Below, in pieces: positions 18,509 through 28,165 of a stretch of 52,294 bases of DNA. The number at the start of each line of letters is the position of its first letter. The stretch's first letter is position 1. The notes beneath the pieces are model-generated. The model was not told the origin of the DNA, did not search any database, and saw only the letters and a program-made list of their open reading frames with translations. A program made the position numbers and the translations under genes. The stretch lies in NCBI GenBank assembly GCA_043719805.1, contig JAYSTI010000054.1:1-52294 (forward strand). The letters run 5' to 3'. The stretch is from Candidatus Lloydbacteria bacterium. GTDB taxonomy: Bacteria; Patescibacteriota; Minisyncoccia; Phycocordibacterales; UBA6899.

Positions 18509-20308
18509 TTATGCTTGCGATTCAGCCAGCTCACGTTTTGCTTTCGCGATAGCGAGAAGCTGCGCGGGGTCCGAACTCACTATCTGGTCTTCGGTGTAGG
18601 ACGCGTAGACTTTGATGGCGACATGCTTTAATCCCGCAAAGAAAAGGCCTTCACCCACGCCGGACTCGAGAAGGAGATACTTTTCCTCATCGGTAAGATG
18701 GAATGTTTGCTGGACGAGGTCGATAGTTGTCGGAGATTGCTTCAAAAGTATCTGAATCGACGAGTTGGTGAGAATGGGAAGTCCATAGGGGGAACGCAGG
18801 AAGTCGTTGACGTCTTGGGTGATGGTCGCGATACCGAGGTAATATTTGCGGCCACGTTTTGCAAGTCCGAAAAGGAATGATGCGGTATCTTCCGATTTCA
18901 TCATCCACCATGCCTCGTCGACAATAAGTAGGCGCTTGCGTATTTCTTTGCGCACGGCAGTCCAGATGTGGTGCGTGACAATATAGACAGCAACAGGCTT
19001 GAGTTCGTCTTCCATGTTGCGCACGGAGAAGACAGTGAAGCGTTTCGTAATATCTACGTTGGTCGGCTGGTTTAAAAACCCCGACCATGTTCCTCTGGTG
19101 TATTTTTCCAAACGTTGCAGGAGTGACTCGGTGCCGTTCATGCCTGAAAGAACGAGCTCGAAGTCAGAGAGTAGTGGTGGCTCGATGTCTTTAAAATCAA
19201 TTTCCGGCGTAATGTCTTTGAGTGCGTATGTCTCTGCAATCGCGCGGTCGATGATTGAATCTTCCTCGGGAGTGAGTCCCCCGAGCATGATGCGGAAGAG
19301 TCCAACAAGAAAAATAATATTTGAACGAAGCACATCAGCACCCGACTCGTCTTCACGTGGAGCGGGAAGGTCGAACGGATTGATGTGATGCTCTGATGTC
19401 AGTGAAATGTTGAAGTAGCGTCCGCCGGTCGCTTCTGCGAGGAATCCGTATTCTTGTTCCGGGTCGATAACGATGACGTCCGCATCGAACATGAGTGTGC
19501 GAATAACTTCAAGCTTCGTTGAGTAGGATTTTCCTGAACCGGAAACAGCGAATGTGACCGAATTGTAGTTCGGCATTGAGAAACGATCGAAAAGGACGAG
19601 CGATGCATTGTGTCGGTTGATGCCCCATAAGATGCCCTTGTCGGAGGTGAGGTCAAATGAAACAAATGGGAAAATAGAAGAGAGCGGAGCGGAGTTCAGC
19701 TTATAGTGCACCTCTAGTTCATCCGTCATAAGCGGGAGGACGCTGCGATACGCTTGCTCTTGCTGGAAGATTGCGGGTTTTAAGTAGACAAGTTTTGCGT
19801 CGAGAATAGACCTGAGTTCGCTCTCTATTTTGTCGAGCTCACCTCGGTCGTTTGCGTATACGGTGATGTAAATGCCGACATCAAACATGCGCTCCTGCGC
19901 TTGCTGGAGTTTGTCGCGCAGATTCTCAAGGTCCTGATAGGCGATGTCGAGCACCGGGTCACGGACATAGCCCTTGCGCTCGCGCTCATTGATTTGGCTT
20001 TGGACCTCGGCCACCTTTTTTTGAAACCCGCGTAGTGCAAGTTCGGTCTGGATGGGGTGAATCATGATGGCGACATCGAAGACCTTGTCGAGATTGATGA
20101 CCGGCGTAAACCAGTCCTGTGAAAGAAAGCGGGGGTATGAAATGACAAACAGCGTGCGTGCAATTTTATCACCAATAAAGATATCTTTAGGAGTAATACT
20201 GACTGCCGCTGGAGCAAGAATATCCTTCATGTCGAGGTTCGTCGACTCAAAGATATCAGAAGGAAGCATTCCGGTATTTAAATTCTCAAATCCTTTTTTT
20301 TCTGCCAT
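18509..20308 (-). CDS. virB4: VirB4/TraE-like conjugation ATPase
   Basis: Walker A AVSGSGKS, VIDPEQEY, INPFDL, Walker B LLIVDEAW, RGRKY...ITQ. Confidence 0.9.
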   Translation of the reverse strand: MAEKKGFENLNTGMLPSDIFESTNLDMKDILAPAAVSITPKDIFIGDKIARTLFVISYPRFLSQDWFTPVINLDKVFDVAIMIHPIQTELALRGFQKKVAEVQSQINERERKGYVRDPVLDIAYQDLENLRDKLQQAQERMFDVGIYITVYANDRGELDKIESELRSILDAKLVYLKPAIFQQEQAYRSVLPLMTDELEVHYKLNSAPLSSIFPFVSFDLTSDKGILWGINRHNASLVLFDRFSMPNYNSVTFAVSGSGKSYSTKLEVIRTLMFDADVIVIDPEQEYGFLAEATGGRYFNISLTSEHHINPFDLPAPREDESGADVLRSNIIFLVGLFRIMLGGLTPEEDSIIDRAIAETYALKDITPEIDFKDIEPPLLSDFELVLSGMNGTESLLQRLEKYTRGTWSGFLNQPTNVDITKRFTVFSVRNMEDELKPVAVYIVTHHIWTAVRKEIRKRLLIVDEAWWMMKSEDTASFLFGLAKRGRKYYLGIATITQDVNDFLRSPYGLPILTNSSIQILLKQSPTTIDLVQQTFHLTDEEKYLLLESGVGEGLFFAGLKHVAIKVYASYTEDQIVSSDPAQLLAIAKAKRELAESQA

Positions 20309-20314
20309 AAATAA

Positions 20315-20962
20315 TTATACAACGGATGACTCAAGCTCTCCGGGGTTAAATTTCTTGTAGAACAATTCGGTAATTTCTTCTGTGCCAAGTCGAATCGTAC
20401 GTAAGTCGCAACGGGAAAGTCCTTGTTCAACAATCGAAGCGCGCTGCTCAAGCTGAATCCTCGCTTCCTCGAACCTTTGCGTTTCATCCTCGGTCAATTT
20501 TTTTGGAGCAGCCTTTTTCCCGAACATTCCGGAAAGTCCGCCACCTCCCCCACTGGTGCTCGATTTGACCGCCCCTGCGGAGTAGGGAATCACAATGAAG
20601 AAGTTTTTGGACATGATGTTTGTGCGACCGGTGAAGTCACGAATAAAGTTGATGTATTCGTGTACTTGAATTTTCATCGCATCGACGAGTTGGGCCTTCT
20701 CACGTTCTTCGAGCATTTTGAGGTAGGGTCTGATGTCGAGCCGCTTAGATTGAATGGATATTTGAATAGGAAATTCAAGGGAATTCAGTACATTCTGAAA
20801 TTGCATCAGAATTGCCGCCTGTTCTTCGGCTGACTTCAGTCCAAAGTTGAGCGATGAGGTCATGAGCATCAAACGAAGATCACCATTATTGAGCACAATA
20901 ACTCCATTCCTGATGTCGCGGATGGGAACAAAGTCCTGCGTTGGTTTTCCTGGTGTCGGCAT
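20315..20962 (-). CDS. VirB4-associated protein (resembles the detached N-terminal domain of monoderm VirB4/TraE)
   Basis: TQDFVPIRDIRNG, NFGLKSAEEQ...LNSLEFPIQI, between prgI and virB4. Confidence 0.7.
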   Translation of the reverse strand: MPTPGKPTQDFVPIRDIRNGVIVLNNGDLRLMLMTSSLNFGLKSAEEQAAILMQFQNVLNSLEFPIQISIQSKRLDIRPYLKMLEEREKAQLVDAMKIQVHEYINFIRDFTGRTNIMSKNFFIVIPYSAGAVKSSTSGGGGGLSGMFGKKAAPKKLTEDETQRFEEARIQLEQRASIVEQGLSRCDLRTIRLGTEEITELFYKKFNPGELESSVV

Positions 20963-20976
20963 GTGTGAAGTATAGC

Positions 20977-21426
20977 TTAAATAACCGCTGAATCCGAGCC
21001 GATAATATCGCCAGGACCGTTTTTTGTTTCAACGTCGATCGTCCACGCCAGGTCGCTCAGTTTGTTTCCGGTGTTTGCGAGCGGCATAGACCCGACATGG
21101 GTGGTCATTTTGAAATTTTCAAGATTGATCTCCGTCGTCTGCTCCCTCTTTTGTGACCTTTTCCACACATACAGACGCGTGCTTTTGATGTAGTGGAATG
21201 CAGATTCGAGCATGTAGACGAAAGGCTTCTTGTTTGGCTTGTAGTATCCGAGCGCCCACCCAAGCCCTAGGCACCCAATTCCAACAAAAAGTCCAATAAA
21301 GGGAATGAATCGATATGCCAAATAGCCGAGGCCGACACTACCGACAATATAGAGAAATTGTTTTATTGTAAGGGGGCCGATAACCTTGTCTTCAACATCG
21401 AGAAATTGTGGCACTTGGAACTGCAT
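20977..21426 (-). CDS. prgI: PrgI family (VirB3-like) membrane protein
   Basis: MQFQVPQFLDVEDKVIGPLTIKQF followed by two TMs. Confidence 0.85.
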   Translation of the reverse strand: MQFQVPQFLDVEDKVIGPLTIKQFLYIVGSVGLGYLAYRFIPFIGLFVGIGCLGLGWALGYYKPNKKPFVYMLESAFHYIKSTRLYVWKRSQKREQTTEINLENFKMTTHVGSMPLANTGNKLSDLAWTIDVETKNGPGDIIGSDSAVI

Positions 21427-21465
21427 ATGTGCAGTTTACAGGTTTTTATCGCTTGTTTCCAGTGG

Positions 21466-21511
21466 AAAAGAAGACCCCAAGCAGGGGTGTGCTTGGGGTG
21501 GGTCTTCTTTT
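21466..21511. terminator. Terminator-like hairpin inside the T4SS cluster
   Basis: AAAAGAAGACCC...GGGTCTTCTTTT enclosing CCCCAAGCA / TGCTTGGGG. Confidence 0.55.
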
Positions 21512-21545
21512 GCGTGTATTTTTTTTGAGAGACTTTCCTTGGGGA

Positions 21546-22160
21546 CTATATCGCTTCGCGGTACGAGTCGGGACTTGGAACTGCCATTGCACTTCCGGTA
21601 GGAGCGACGGAGGCAGTCGGAGGAGGAGGCGGCGGAACGATGAGCATTGGCTCGCGCGTCCGACTTGCTTCCGGCATTGGTGCGCTCATACGAAATGCAC
21701 CACCCAATTTTTGTTCAAAGATGCTTCCCGCGGGAGCGGCTGGAGTTGCCACAACAGGAGGTGGCGGCGGAACTACGGCGGACATCGGTTCCTGCGTGCG
21801 TACAAGTCCGATGGGTGTAGCGGCTACCGGTCTCATGACGCCGGAATGCACCTCGGTAAGTGCGGCCTTGACGCTATTAAAGATATCGCGATTGATATCC
21901 TGAGCGATCAAAACGGCGGTTTCACGTGAAGTCCCGAGGAAGTCCACGATTGCGGGAACAAAAAGATTTGGCTTAAGTAGTCCGACGAGAACGGCCGTGA
22001 CAACCTGCGAAAGCATACCTGTCTCGACTCTGTTTAAGCCATATTTTTTTCCGATAATTGCGGTTTTATCTTGCCTCTCTCCTGCCTGAAGAAGCTCCTG
22101 AATTTCCAGAGGAAGAGTGGGGAATACTTTGCCGATTTTTTCTGGGGTAATGTCGTCCAT
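21546..22160 (-). CDS. Hypothetical protein with Pro-rich tail
   Basis: Helical N-domain (..IAQDINRDIFNSVK), poly-Pro stretches, DSYREAI end. Confidence 0.7.
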   Translation of the reverse strand: MDDITPEKIGKVFPTLPLEIQELLQAGERQDKTAIIGKKYGLNRVETGMLSQVVTAVLVGLLKPNLFVPAIVDFLGTSRETAVLIAQDINRDIFNSVKAALTEVHSGVMRPVAATPIGLVRTQEPMSAVVPPPPPVVATPAAPAGSIFEQKLGGAFRMSAPMPEASRTREPMLIVPPPPPPTASVAPTGSAMAVPSPDSYREAI

Positions 22161-22172
22161 GGTTTTCTATGG

Positions 22173-25121
22173 TTATGCTGTTGCGCCGTCTTCGTTATCG
22201 CCAGGCTCTTCCTCAGCGGCTTCTGCGTTCTTATTTTTTGCATTAGCACTTCTTGCGCTTGTGAGTTCTGCTTGTGCTTTGTTGTGCACCTTCTCTGCCT
22301 CAGCATGTGCACTCTTAGCTTCATTGTGTTTGTCATAGTTAAAGGCGGAACCTGTTGCGGCGTACTCTGTTTCAGCTATCTTTTTCTCAGCATCATCCAT
22401 TGCTCGTTTCGCATCAGCAGCAGCAGTTTCTTTTGCCTTGACGTCCACCTTTGGTTTTCCACCACTGAACACTCTCGCACCCTCCTCTGTCTTCATGTAC
22501 GCCTTTCCGGCAGTTGTACCTTTATATTCTGTCTCTTGGTCCGTACCATCGGCATTTTTCACAACATTACCCGCGCTGTCTTTCACGGAAATCTTGCCAC
22601 CGGCAACCTTGACGCGAAGTTCACTCAACTTTCTCTTCGTCTCAGGATCATTGTGGTCCATCTTTATTTTCTCATGATATTTAGCAATTTCCTCAAGATG
22701 CTTTTTTGTGTAGTTGCCCGCAATGGTGTCGTCAAATCCTACTGCTGTATCTGTCAGTTTTGCGACGTCCTTTGGCTTCATTCCGCCGAGGATATCCTGC
22801 ACAGCACTCTCGTGTGCGTCTTTGCGTTCAACTATGGCCTTTCTCTTCCACTCGCTTTCGGGCAACTTGTTTAAGTCAGCCATTTCCTTTGTGTATGAAG
22901 CAGACCTGTTGCCAAGCTCGCCTCCGAGGTTTACGGGCATGTATCCTGTGTTGAGTTTTGCTTGCGTAATAAGGTATTGGCGCGATTCTTCGGGGCCTTC
23001 TGTCATAGCTGCATTCGAAATTTGATTTCGTGTTGCCTGATCAAAGATATCAGGGTTTGCATTGACGTGCATGAGTGCAGTTCGTCCCAATGCCGACATT
23101 ACCTCCGGATGTTCCTTCAGTAATTTTGGTGTTACTGTATCCTCGAACTCTTTGCCGTTCAACTGCTTCACGGAATTGATAAGTTTATCGGTCTGACTCT
23201 TCAATATTCCTTCAACTTTCTCTATCTCGGCCACGTCAGCGTTGGCACCCTCCGCCTTGAGTGCAGCAAGTTGCTTCTTTGTCGCAGTCATCTCGTCGAG
23301 GAGTGGTCCCTTTTGATTTCCTTCTGCGTCAATATGGCCTTTATTGCTTATTATGTTCTTTTCGTTCTGAATCTTAATTCCGCGCTCAATTTCCTTTTTG
23401 ACGTCTTTGTTGCGCTTTTGGTCAAGCTCGACGTGACCCATTTCTTCCAGATACTTCTTTTGTGCTTCCGGGTCATTCCCGTAGCGGGACTTCGCCTTCT
23501 CTATTAGCTCCTTTTCTTTCTCGGTCCCGCGATATGAGGCTCCTTCCCTAGATTTTATTGCTGTAAGCTGTATTCTTGCCGCAGCTCCATCAGCGCCACC
23601 TGCTGAAATGCGAGCCTGCAGGGCTGCAACTTCATTAGGATCAGCTTTGTATTGACTGATTATCGAGCTTCCGACTGCGCCGTGAGTTTCATAATTGCGC
23701 TTGCTACCTGTTCCGGCGTTGATGCCTCCCGCAGCAAGTGCCGCGTTCATTCCAAGACCCTTCATCGGCGCGTTGCGAATATCAAATGTACCCTTGCTTC
23801 CCGACTGTGCAGCTGCAAGCTTCATGTTTGCGGTGCGTCCAGCCCAGCCACCCTTGGCCACGAGTCGATTTTGTTCAGCGACCCAATCCTTGTCCTGCAT
23901 TTTGTTCTTGCCATAACGACCTGCAGTTTGACGCAGTGCCGCACCGCTTGTGCCCGCTGCCGCACCCGCTGCCATGCCCATACCCTTCTTGGCCCAGGCG
24001 CCCGCAGCGCTACCTGCACCATTACTTACGGAGTTTGCTACCGAAAGAGATGCGAGAATGAGGATGATGATGAGGACGTAGTTGTAGATGATGATGAAGC
24101 TTGATGGGTCACCGGCGAGTGCGCCTCCCCACTTCGCTCCGTTTGCTCCTGCAAGATTTTGGAGGTCGATGCCGTTAATTATGACGATAACGAGATACAA
24201 CATTGCCAGAAATGCCGGAGCAACAAATGTATTGCCGATGAGCTTGCTTAACCACTTTTGTCCAAATCCGCCTCCCACAGGAAGCGCAAAGGACAAAAAA
24301 GCGAATGGAGAAACAATCATAAGGAAAAGCAGTGTGACGGTGCGCACAATCATCATCACTGCGCCCGCAAGGAATACATACCCCGCAATGAGCATGACAA
24401 GTGCGCCACCCAAATAGATGAGTATCTGATTGAGTGGTTCAACTTTAATGACATTACCGTTCACGTCCTTAATGTCCTTAATTGACTGAATTTTCAGTCC
24501 CTGCATGAGATGAAGTGCGGCGGATGGATTGTTTCCGCCGACAGTCATTTCCATCTTTCCCCAAAATCCCATGGCGAGTACATTGCCTGCATCAACGACA
24601 ATTTTTGTAGCAAAGAGGCTGAAGTTGATGAGTAGTGCGGCGATGATAAGGTTCGCCACCCACTTCTTTGTACTTGAGCCACCCATCCCGAGAATTGTCT
24701 TGATGGCAATATAGAGGAGCGCGAATATGAAGAACATATTTGAAAAATCACGCACGGTAGACCACCCCACCTTGATGACCTCAAGTCCGGCGTAAGTATT
24801 GCTTGAGATGGTTGATTGAATTGCCATGTCGAGCAAAAATCCCGTAGCCTCAAGGAACTTTCCCGCCGCCCAGAATATGCCTTCTGCGAGTAGTCCAATT
24901 AGTGCGAGTGCCGCCTTTCCTGCGGTATCGAGAACAAACGACCCACCAATCTTTGCTGCGAGATATGCGCCACCCGCCCAAAGAGCCCACGCGACGAGTG
25001 GGAGAATTCCCCTTGTAGTGTTTTTGTATCGGTTGATCTCACGCAGCTCCGCCATATTTGCGGTATGGGGAAACAGTGGTGCAAATTCTTTTCGAGCTAT
25101 TGAGTAGTAATAAAGTTTCAT
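22173..25121 (-). CDS. Extended VirB6/TrbL-like polytopic membrane protein with long charged C-terminal domain
   Basis: GWSTVRDFSNMFFIFALLYIAI...ALLINFSLF..K.VVDAGN, RTVTLLFLMIVSPFAF; Gly/Ala linker then about 550 aa Lys/Glu-rich tail. Confidence 0.75.
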   Translation of the reverse strand: MKLYYYSIARKEFAPLFPHTANMAELREINRYKNTTRGILPLVAWALWAGGAYLAAKIGGSFVLDTAGKAALALIGLLAEGIFWAAGKFLEATGFLLDMAIQSTISSNTYAGLEVIKVGWSTVRDFSNMFFIFALLYIAIKTILGMGGSSTKKWVANLIIAALLINFSLFATKIVVDAGNVLAMGFWGKMEMTVGGNNPSAALHLMQGLKIQSIKDIKDVNGNVIKVEPLNQILIYLGGALVMLIAGYVFLAGAVMMIVRTVTLLFLMIVSPFAFLSFALPVGGGFGQKWLSKLIGNTFVAPAFLAMLYLVIVIINGIDLQNLAGANGAKWGGALAGDPSSFIIIYNYVLIIILILASLSVANSVSNGAGSAAGAWAKKGMGMAAGAAAGTSGAALRQTAGRYGKNKMQDKDWVAEQNRLVAKGGWAGRTANMKLAAAQSGSKGTFDIRNAPMKGLGMNAALAAGGINAGTGSKRNYETHGAVGSSIISQYKADPNEVAALQARISAGGADGAAARIQLTAIKSREGASYRGTEKEKELIEKAKSRYGNDPEAQKKYLEEMGHVELDQKRNKDVKKEIERGIKIQNEKNIISNKGHIDAEGNQKGPLLDEMTATKKQLAALKAEGANADVAEIEKVEGILKSQTDKLINSVKQLNGKEFEDTVTPKLLKEHPEVMSALGRTALMHVNANPDIFDQATRNQISNAAMTEGPEESRQYLITQAKLNTGYMPVNLGGELGNRSASYTKEMADLNKLPESEWKRKAIVERKDAHESAVQDILGGMKPKDVAKLTDTAVGFDDTIAGNYTKKHLEEIAKYHEKIKMDHNDPETKRKLSELRVKVAGGKISVKDSAGNVVKNADGTDQETEYKGTTAGKAYMKTEEGARVFSGGKPKVDVKAKETAAADAKRAMDDAEKKIAETEYAATGSAFNYDKHNEAKSAHAEAEKVHNKAQAELTSARSANAKNKNAEAAEEEPGDNEDGATA

Positions 25122-25153
25122 TTGTGTGGGATGGGGATGAAGAGCGGTCAGTA

Positions 25154-26716
25154 TTATGGGTCCGGATCTCCTGAGTAACCAGTGTCCTCGGTATCAGTAC
25201 CGTCGGTCACGACAAGGGCGGTGCTATCTGGGTCAAATTTCATTTCGTCGTAAATCATGAGCATTGTTGCTTGTGCCCACTCTCTCGAGTCCTGATGAAC
25301 ACCAAAGTAGCCGAAATTGATTACGTCATAAAACTCCTTAACAAGTTTTGTTACCGCCGTCTGACTCGTTTGGAGCCCGGTGGTGTCGTAATTGTTTAGT
25401 CCACCTTGCGCGATTTGTGACGTTTGTGCTTCTGCCGGACTTCCTGCTCCTCCGTCAAGCGTTTTTGCAGTGCGCACCTGCTGCATGCCGTTGCCCGCAG
25501 AGTCTCCGGCACTACGCTGTACTTCTCCTGCAGGGGTGACCGCAGTAGAGTTTTGCTGCTCAAGACAATAGATATCGTCCGGACGTTCGGAGCACTTTGA
25601 CGCACTACTAAAGCCGGTGGTGTTCATGTCTAACAACTTTGCTTTTTCTTGATTTGCGAGGCGGCTTTGTGCAACCTGGTCCGCGAGCGTCATTGCACCG
25701 AGCGGTGAGTTCGCACTATTGTTTAGCATCGCACTGAATGTCGTGATGCCATCCTTCCCTGCAAGGATTGAAGTAGAATTGAAATCTTCAAAAAACTGAC
25801 CTGACGTACCTGGGGCAAGGTATGACCCCATGGTCGATTGCGTGACTGAGGTCGTAAAATTGAATGGGTCTTCTACGTCGTCTCGCGCATTGCTTGCCAT
25901 ATTTGCAGCTGTAGGGAGTCGCCAGTCGGAATAGATGTCCCAAGAGCCGACGGGATTTCCGGCGGTTGGGTCCGCGGCGGCCTGATCGAGTGCGTGTGCG
26001 AGTTGGCGCTCTTTGACGTTGTATATGTTTTGCGTTGCGTTGGTATTGTAGAGAGCAGTGCTCGTAATCGCGCCGTTGTTGTTGACGATATTTCCGTTGT
26101 TTACGTAGTTGATGTTTGCCGCCGAGATCTTGTTTGCCAACTGTCCCTGCAGCTGAGCCGTTTGTGCGTCGGAGATGTAGGTTTTGAGCATTTGATTTAT
26201 CTGAATGGACAGCCCAAGTTTTTGCCACTCAACCATCTCCTCGAGAAGACAACGCAGCGAATGACTATAGTTGACCTGAACGAATCCACCGGCCGCGGGG
26301 ACTGTTCTGGGAAGTGGGGTCGTGTACCCGGCCGTCGCATCAGACGAACTTGCCCAAGGTCCTTGGGCGTATGCGAAGGCATCTAAGTTGTCACCCTCCA
26401 TGCTGTCACCCTGCAAGCACTCCCCCACCTGCGCTAGTGTAAGGTCTGAGCCTGTGATGATATTACGAATCGAGTCATCATTGGTGACGAATGTTTCGTC
26501 CGCCCATACTGCGTAGTCGTCAAATGCCGTTGCGTAAGTGTCAAAGTTTGTTGAATAAGTGGTAAATTCACCTGCGAAAGTACCGAAGTTTGAAATGAGC
26601 GTTGCATCATTGACGGGGACAAATTGTGCCATCGCAAAAGTCGGACAAAACAAAAGCATTGAGCATGCGAACATGTTTGCATAAAAAATTCTCATTCCAC
26701 TGCAATTATTTTTCAT
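25154..26716 (-). CDS. Secreted protein of the T4SS-like cluster (possible VirB5-like/adhesin)
   Basis: Signal peptide then AQFVPVND; Asn/Thr/Ala-rich; TPAG.V motif after a Cys pair; start set at MKNNC (TATAAT 6 nt upstream). Confidence 0.6.
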   Translation of the reverse strand: MKNNCSGMRIFYANMFACSMLLFCPTFAMAQFVPVNDATLISNFGTFAGEFTTYSTNFDTYATAFDDYAVWADETFVTNDDSIRNIITGSDLTLAQVGECLQGDSMEGDNLDAFAYAQGPWASSSDATAGYTTPLPRTVPAAGGFVQVNYSHSLRCLLEEMVEWQKLGLSIQINQMLKTYISDAQTAQLQGQLANKISAANINYVNNGNIVNNNGAITSTALYNTNATQNIYNVKERQLAHALDQAAADPTAGNPVGSWDIYSDWRLPTAANMASNARDDVEDPFNFTTSVTQSTMGSYLAPGTSGQFFEDFNSTSILAGKDGITTFSAMLNNSANSPLGAMTLADQVAQSRLANQEKAKLLDMNTTGFSSASKCSERPDDIYCLEQQNSTAVTPAGEVQRSAGDSAGNGMQQVRTAKTLDGGAGSPAEAQTSQIAQGGLNNYDTTGLQTSQTAVTKLVKEFYDVINFGYFGVHQDSREWAQATMLMIYDEMKFDPDSTALVVTDGTDTEDTGYSGDPDP

Positions 26717-26746
26717 ATGTCTATTATACATGGTCAATGGCAGAAA

Positions 26747-27745
26747 TTAAATAGCCTTTGTGCTAGTGGCACGCCGAACTGCCTTTCGAACGAAGGGAAA
26801 TCCCGGCTCATCTTTTTCAAAGGTCACCCCCTGCGTACGAAATTTCGAAACAACTTGCGCATAGCCGGTGGTGACGTCGAAGCGTGTTTTTGTGTATGTT
26901 TGGTATCCGCCCGCACCGTCAATGGGGTTTGAAAAAAGGTGCTGCATTCCAAGGAGACCTCGTGACATGCCGTCATATCCGTTCACGATAAGGAGGTGCG
27001 ATTTTGCGAGGCTCGACGGCGTCCTTAGTGCCTTGAGGTCGAGGGAAAAGCTCTTGTACACAACGGCTGGGAGCTGAAGCTCCTTGAGTGTGGCGTCTCT
27101 TTTGGTTTTGAGACCATCCGCAAGTATCTCTTCCTCCGTGCGATTGGTGTTTACTGACGTGTATTTTTTTATGACTGCACCAAAAGCGTTACCATATTCT
27201 CGCAGCGCTTCAACGCCGTTATCTCCGGAAATGTTGAGGTCAACGAGTTCGTTCGTCGGTCTATATTTCACAGGATTAAATCCTTTGATGAGGTCACGGT
27301 ATGTCGTTTCGCGTATTTCTTTTGACTGCAAAGCAAGGTATTTTGCAAAAAACTCTTTGCGTATGCCTTGCATATCGGTCGACGAAGTCGCAAAGTTCGG
27401 GTCCTCAATGACCGCAAGTTTGTCGTCCGGTCCTGCTTTTATTGGGCTTCTTCCCGCCAATACCTCAGCCCCGTCATTTGTCCCGTCTCCATCGGTATCG
27501 GGGATATGTGCGCTGCTTCCGTAAAGGCTTTCTTCCCAATCAGGGAGATTGTCGCGGTCTGAGTCTAGGTCTCCGGTTCCAGGCATCGTGCTTGTTTGTG
27601 GGCCCCCGTCGGTGCCTTCTTCAGCCGTAACTCCGTTCGTTCTGTAATTCGCATAGATACCAACTCCGAGGATGGTGAGCGCGACAAGGCCGCTTATATA
27701 AAGATTTTTATGTGGGTTCTGCAAAAAGTCCATAAAGTTCCTCAC
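26747..27745 (-). CDS. Membrane-anchored protein with thrombospondin type 3-like Ca-binding repeats
   Basis: TM then DLDSDRDNLPDWEE..YG....PDTDGDGTNDGAEV. Confidence 0.7.
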   Translation of the reverse strand: MRNFMDFLQNPHKNLYISGLVALTILGVGIYANYRTNGVTAEEGTDGGPQTSTMPGTGDLDSDRDNLPDWEESLYGSSAHIPDTDGDGTNDGAEVLAGRSPIKAGPDDKLAVIEDPNFATSSTDMQGIRKEFFAKYLALQSKEIRETTYRDLIKGFNPVKYRPTNELVDLNISGDNGVEALREYGNAFGAVIKKYTSVNTNRTEEEILADGLKTKRDATLKELQLPAVVYKSFSLDLKALRTPSSLAKSHLLIVNGYDGMSRGLLGMQHLFSNPIDGAGGYQTYTKTRFDVTTGYAQVVSKFRTQGVTFEKDEPGFPFVRKAVRRATSTKAI

Positions 27746-27809
27746 TCAAGAGAATGTATGACCATTGTAGCAATAATGCGGTGGGAAAAGGCGAGAAATA
27801 AAAAAAGTT

Positions 27810-27818
27810 TGTGGATAA
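27810..27818 (-). promoter_or_regulatory. Isolated perfect DnaA box upstream of the T4SS-like cluster
   Basis: TGTGGATAA on plus (TTATCCACA on minus). Confidence 0.55.
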
Positions 27819-27827
27819 GTGGCGCTC

Positions 27828-27959
27828 GGACAACTATTCCTTTGTAAGCACATTTGCCCGCTTCCAGCGGCGGGCAAAACTATCCTCGACGAATGCCGCT
27901 TGCAAGGCCAAGCGGACCAAGCCATTCGCCTGCGGAGGCTTACAAAAGATTAGTTGTCC
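27828..27959 (-). repeat. Family B element, copy B2
   Basis: 22-bp near-perfect arms GGACAACTATTCCTTTGTAAGC / GCTTACAAAAGATTAGTTGTCC; inner hairpins TTTGCCCGC/GCGGGCAAA (loop CGCTGGAA on minus) and CGAATG..CCGCTTG/CAAGCGG..CATTCG. Confidence 0.7.
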
Positions 27960-28127
27960 TCACTGAGAAGGAGATGACGCCCAATTATCCGCGGGACACC
28001 GAAACTATTCACTCTCCTCGCTGAAAAAGGGGGGGGGCGCGATCCGTAGCCCGCCTGCGCAGTTGTGCCGTCAGTAAATAACATCTCGCTCGACAGTGGC
28101 GAGTTTGTTTGACTAAAATTTTTGCTA

Positions 28128-28153
28128 CAAAAAAGCGGAGCATGTGCTCCGCT
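28128..28153 (-). terminator. Intrinsic terminator of the 28166-28738 gene
   Basis: Minus strand AGCGGAGCAC-a-TGCTCCGCT-TTTTT. Confidence 0.7.
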
Positions 28154-28165
28154 GTTAGCGAACTG

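Noticed and set aside
22071-22874. 267-aa plus-strand Cys/Phe/Leu-rich ORF
   Set aside because: Shadow of the Lys/Glu-rich VirB6-like tail.
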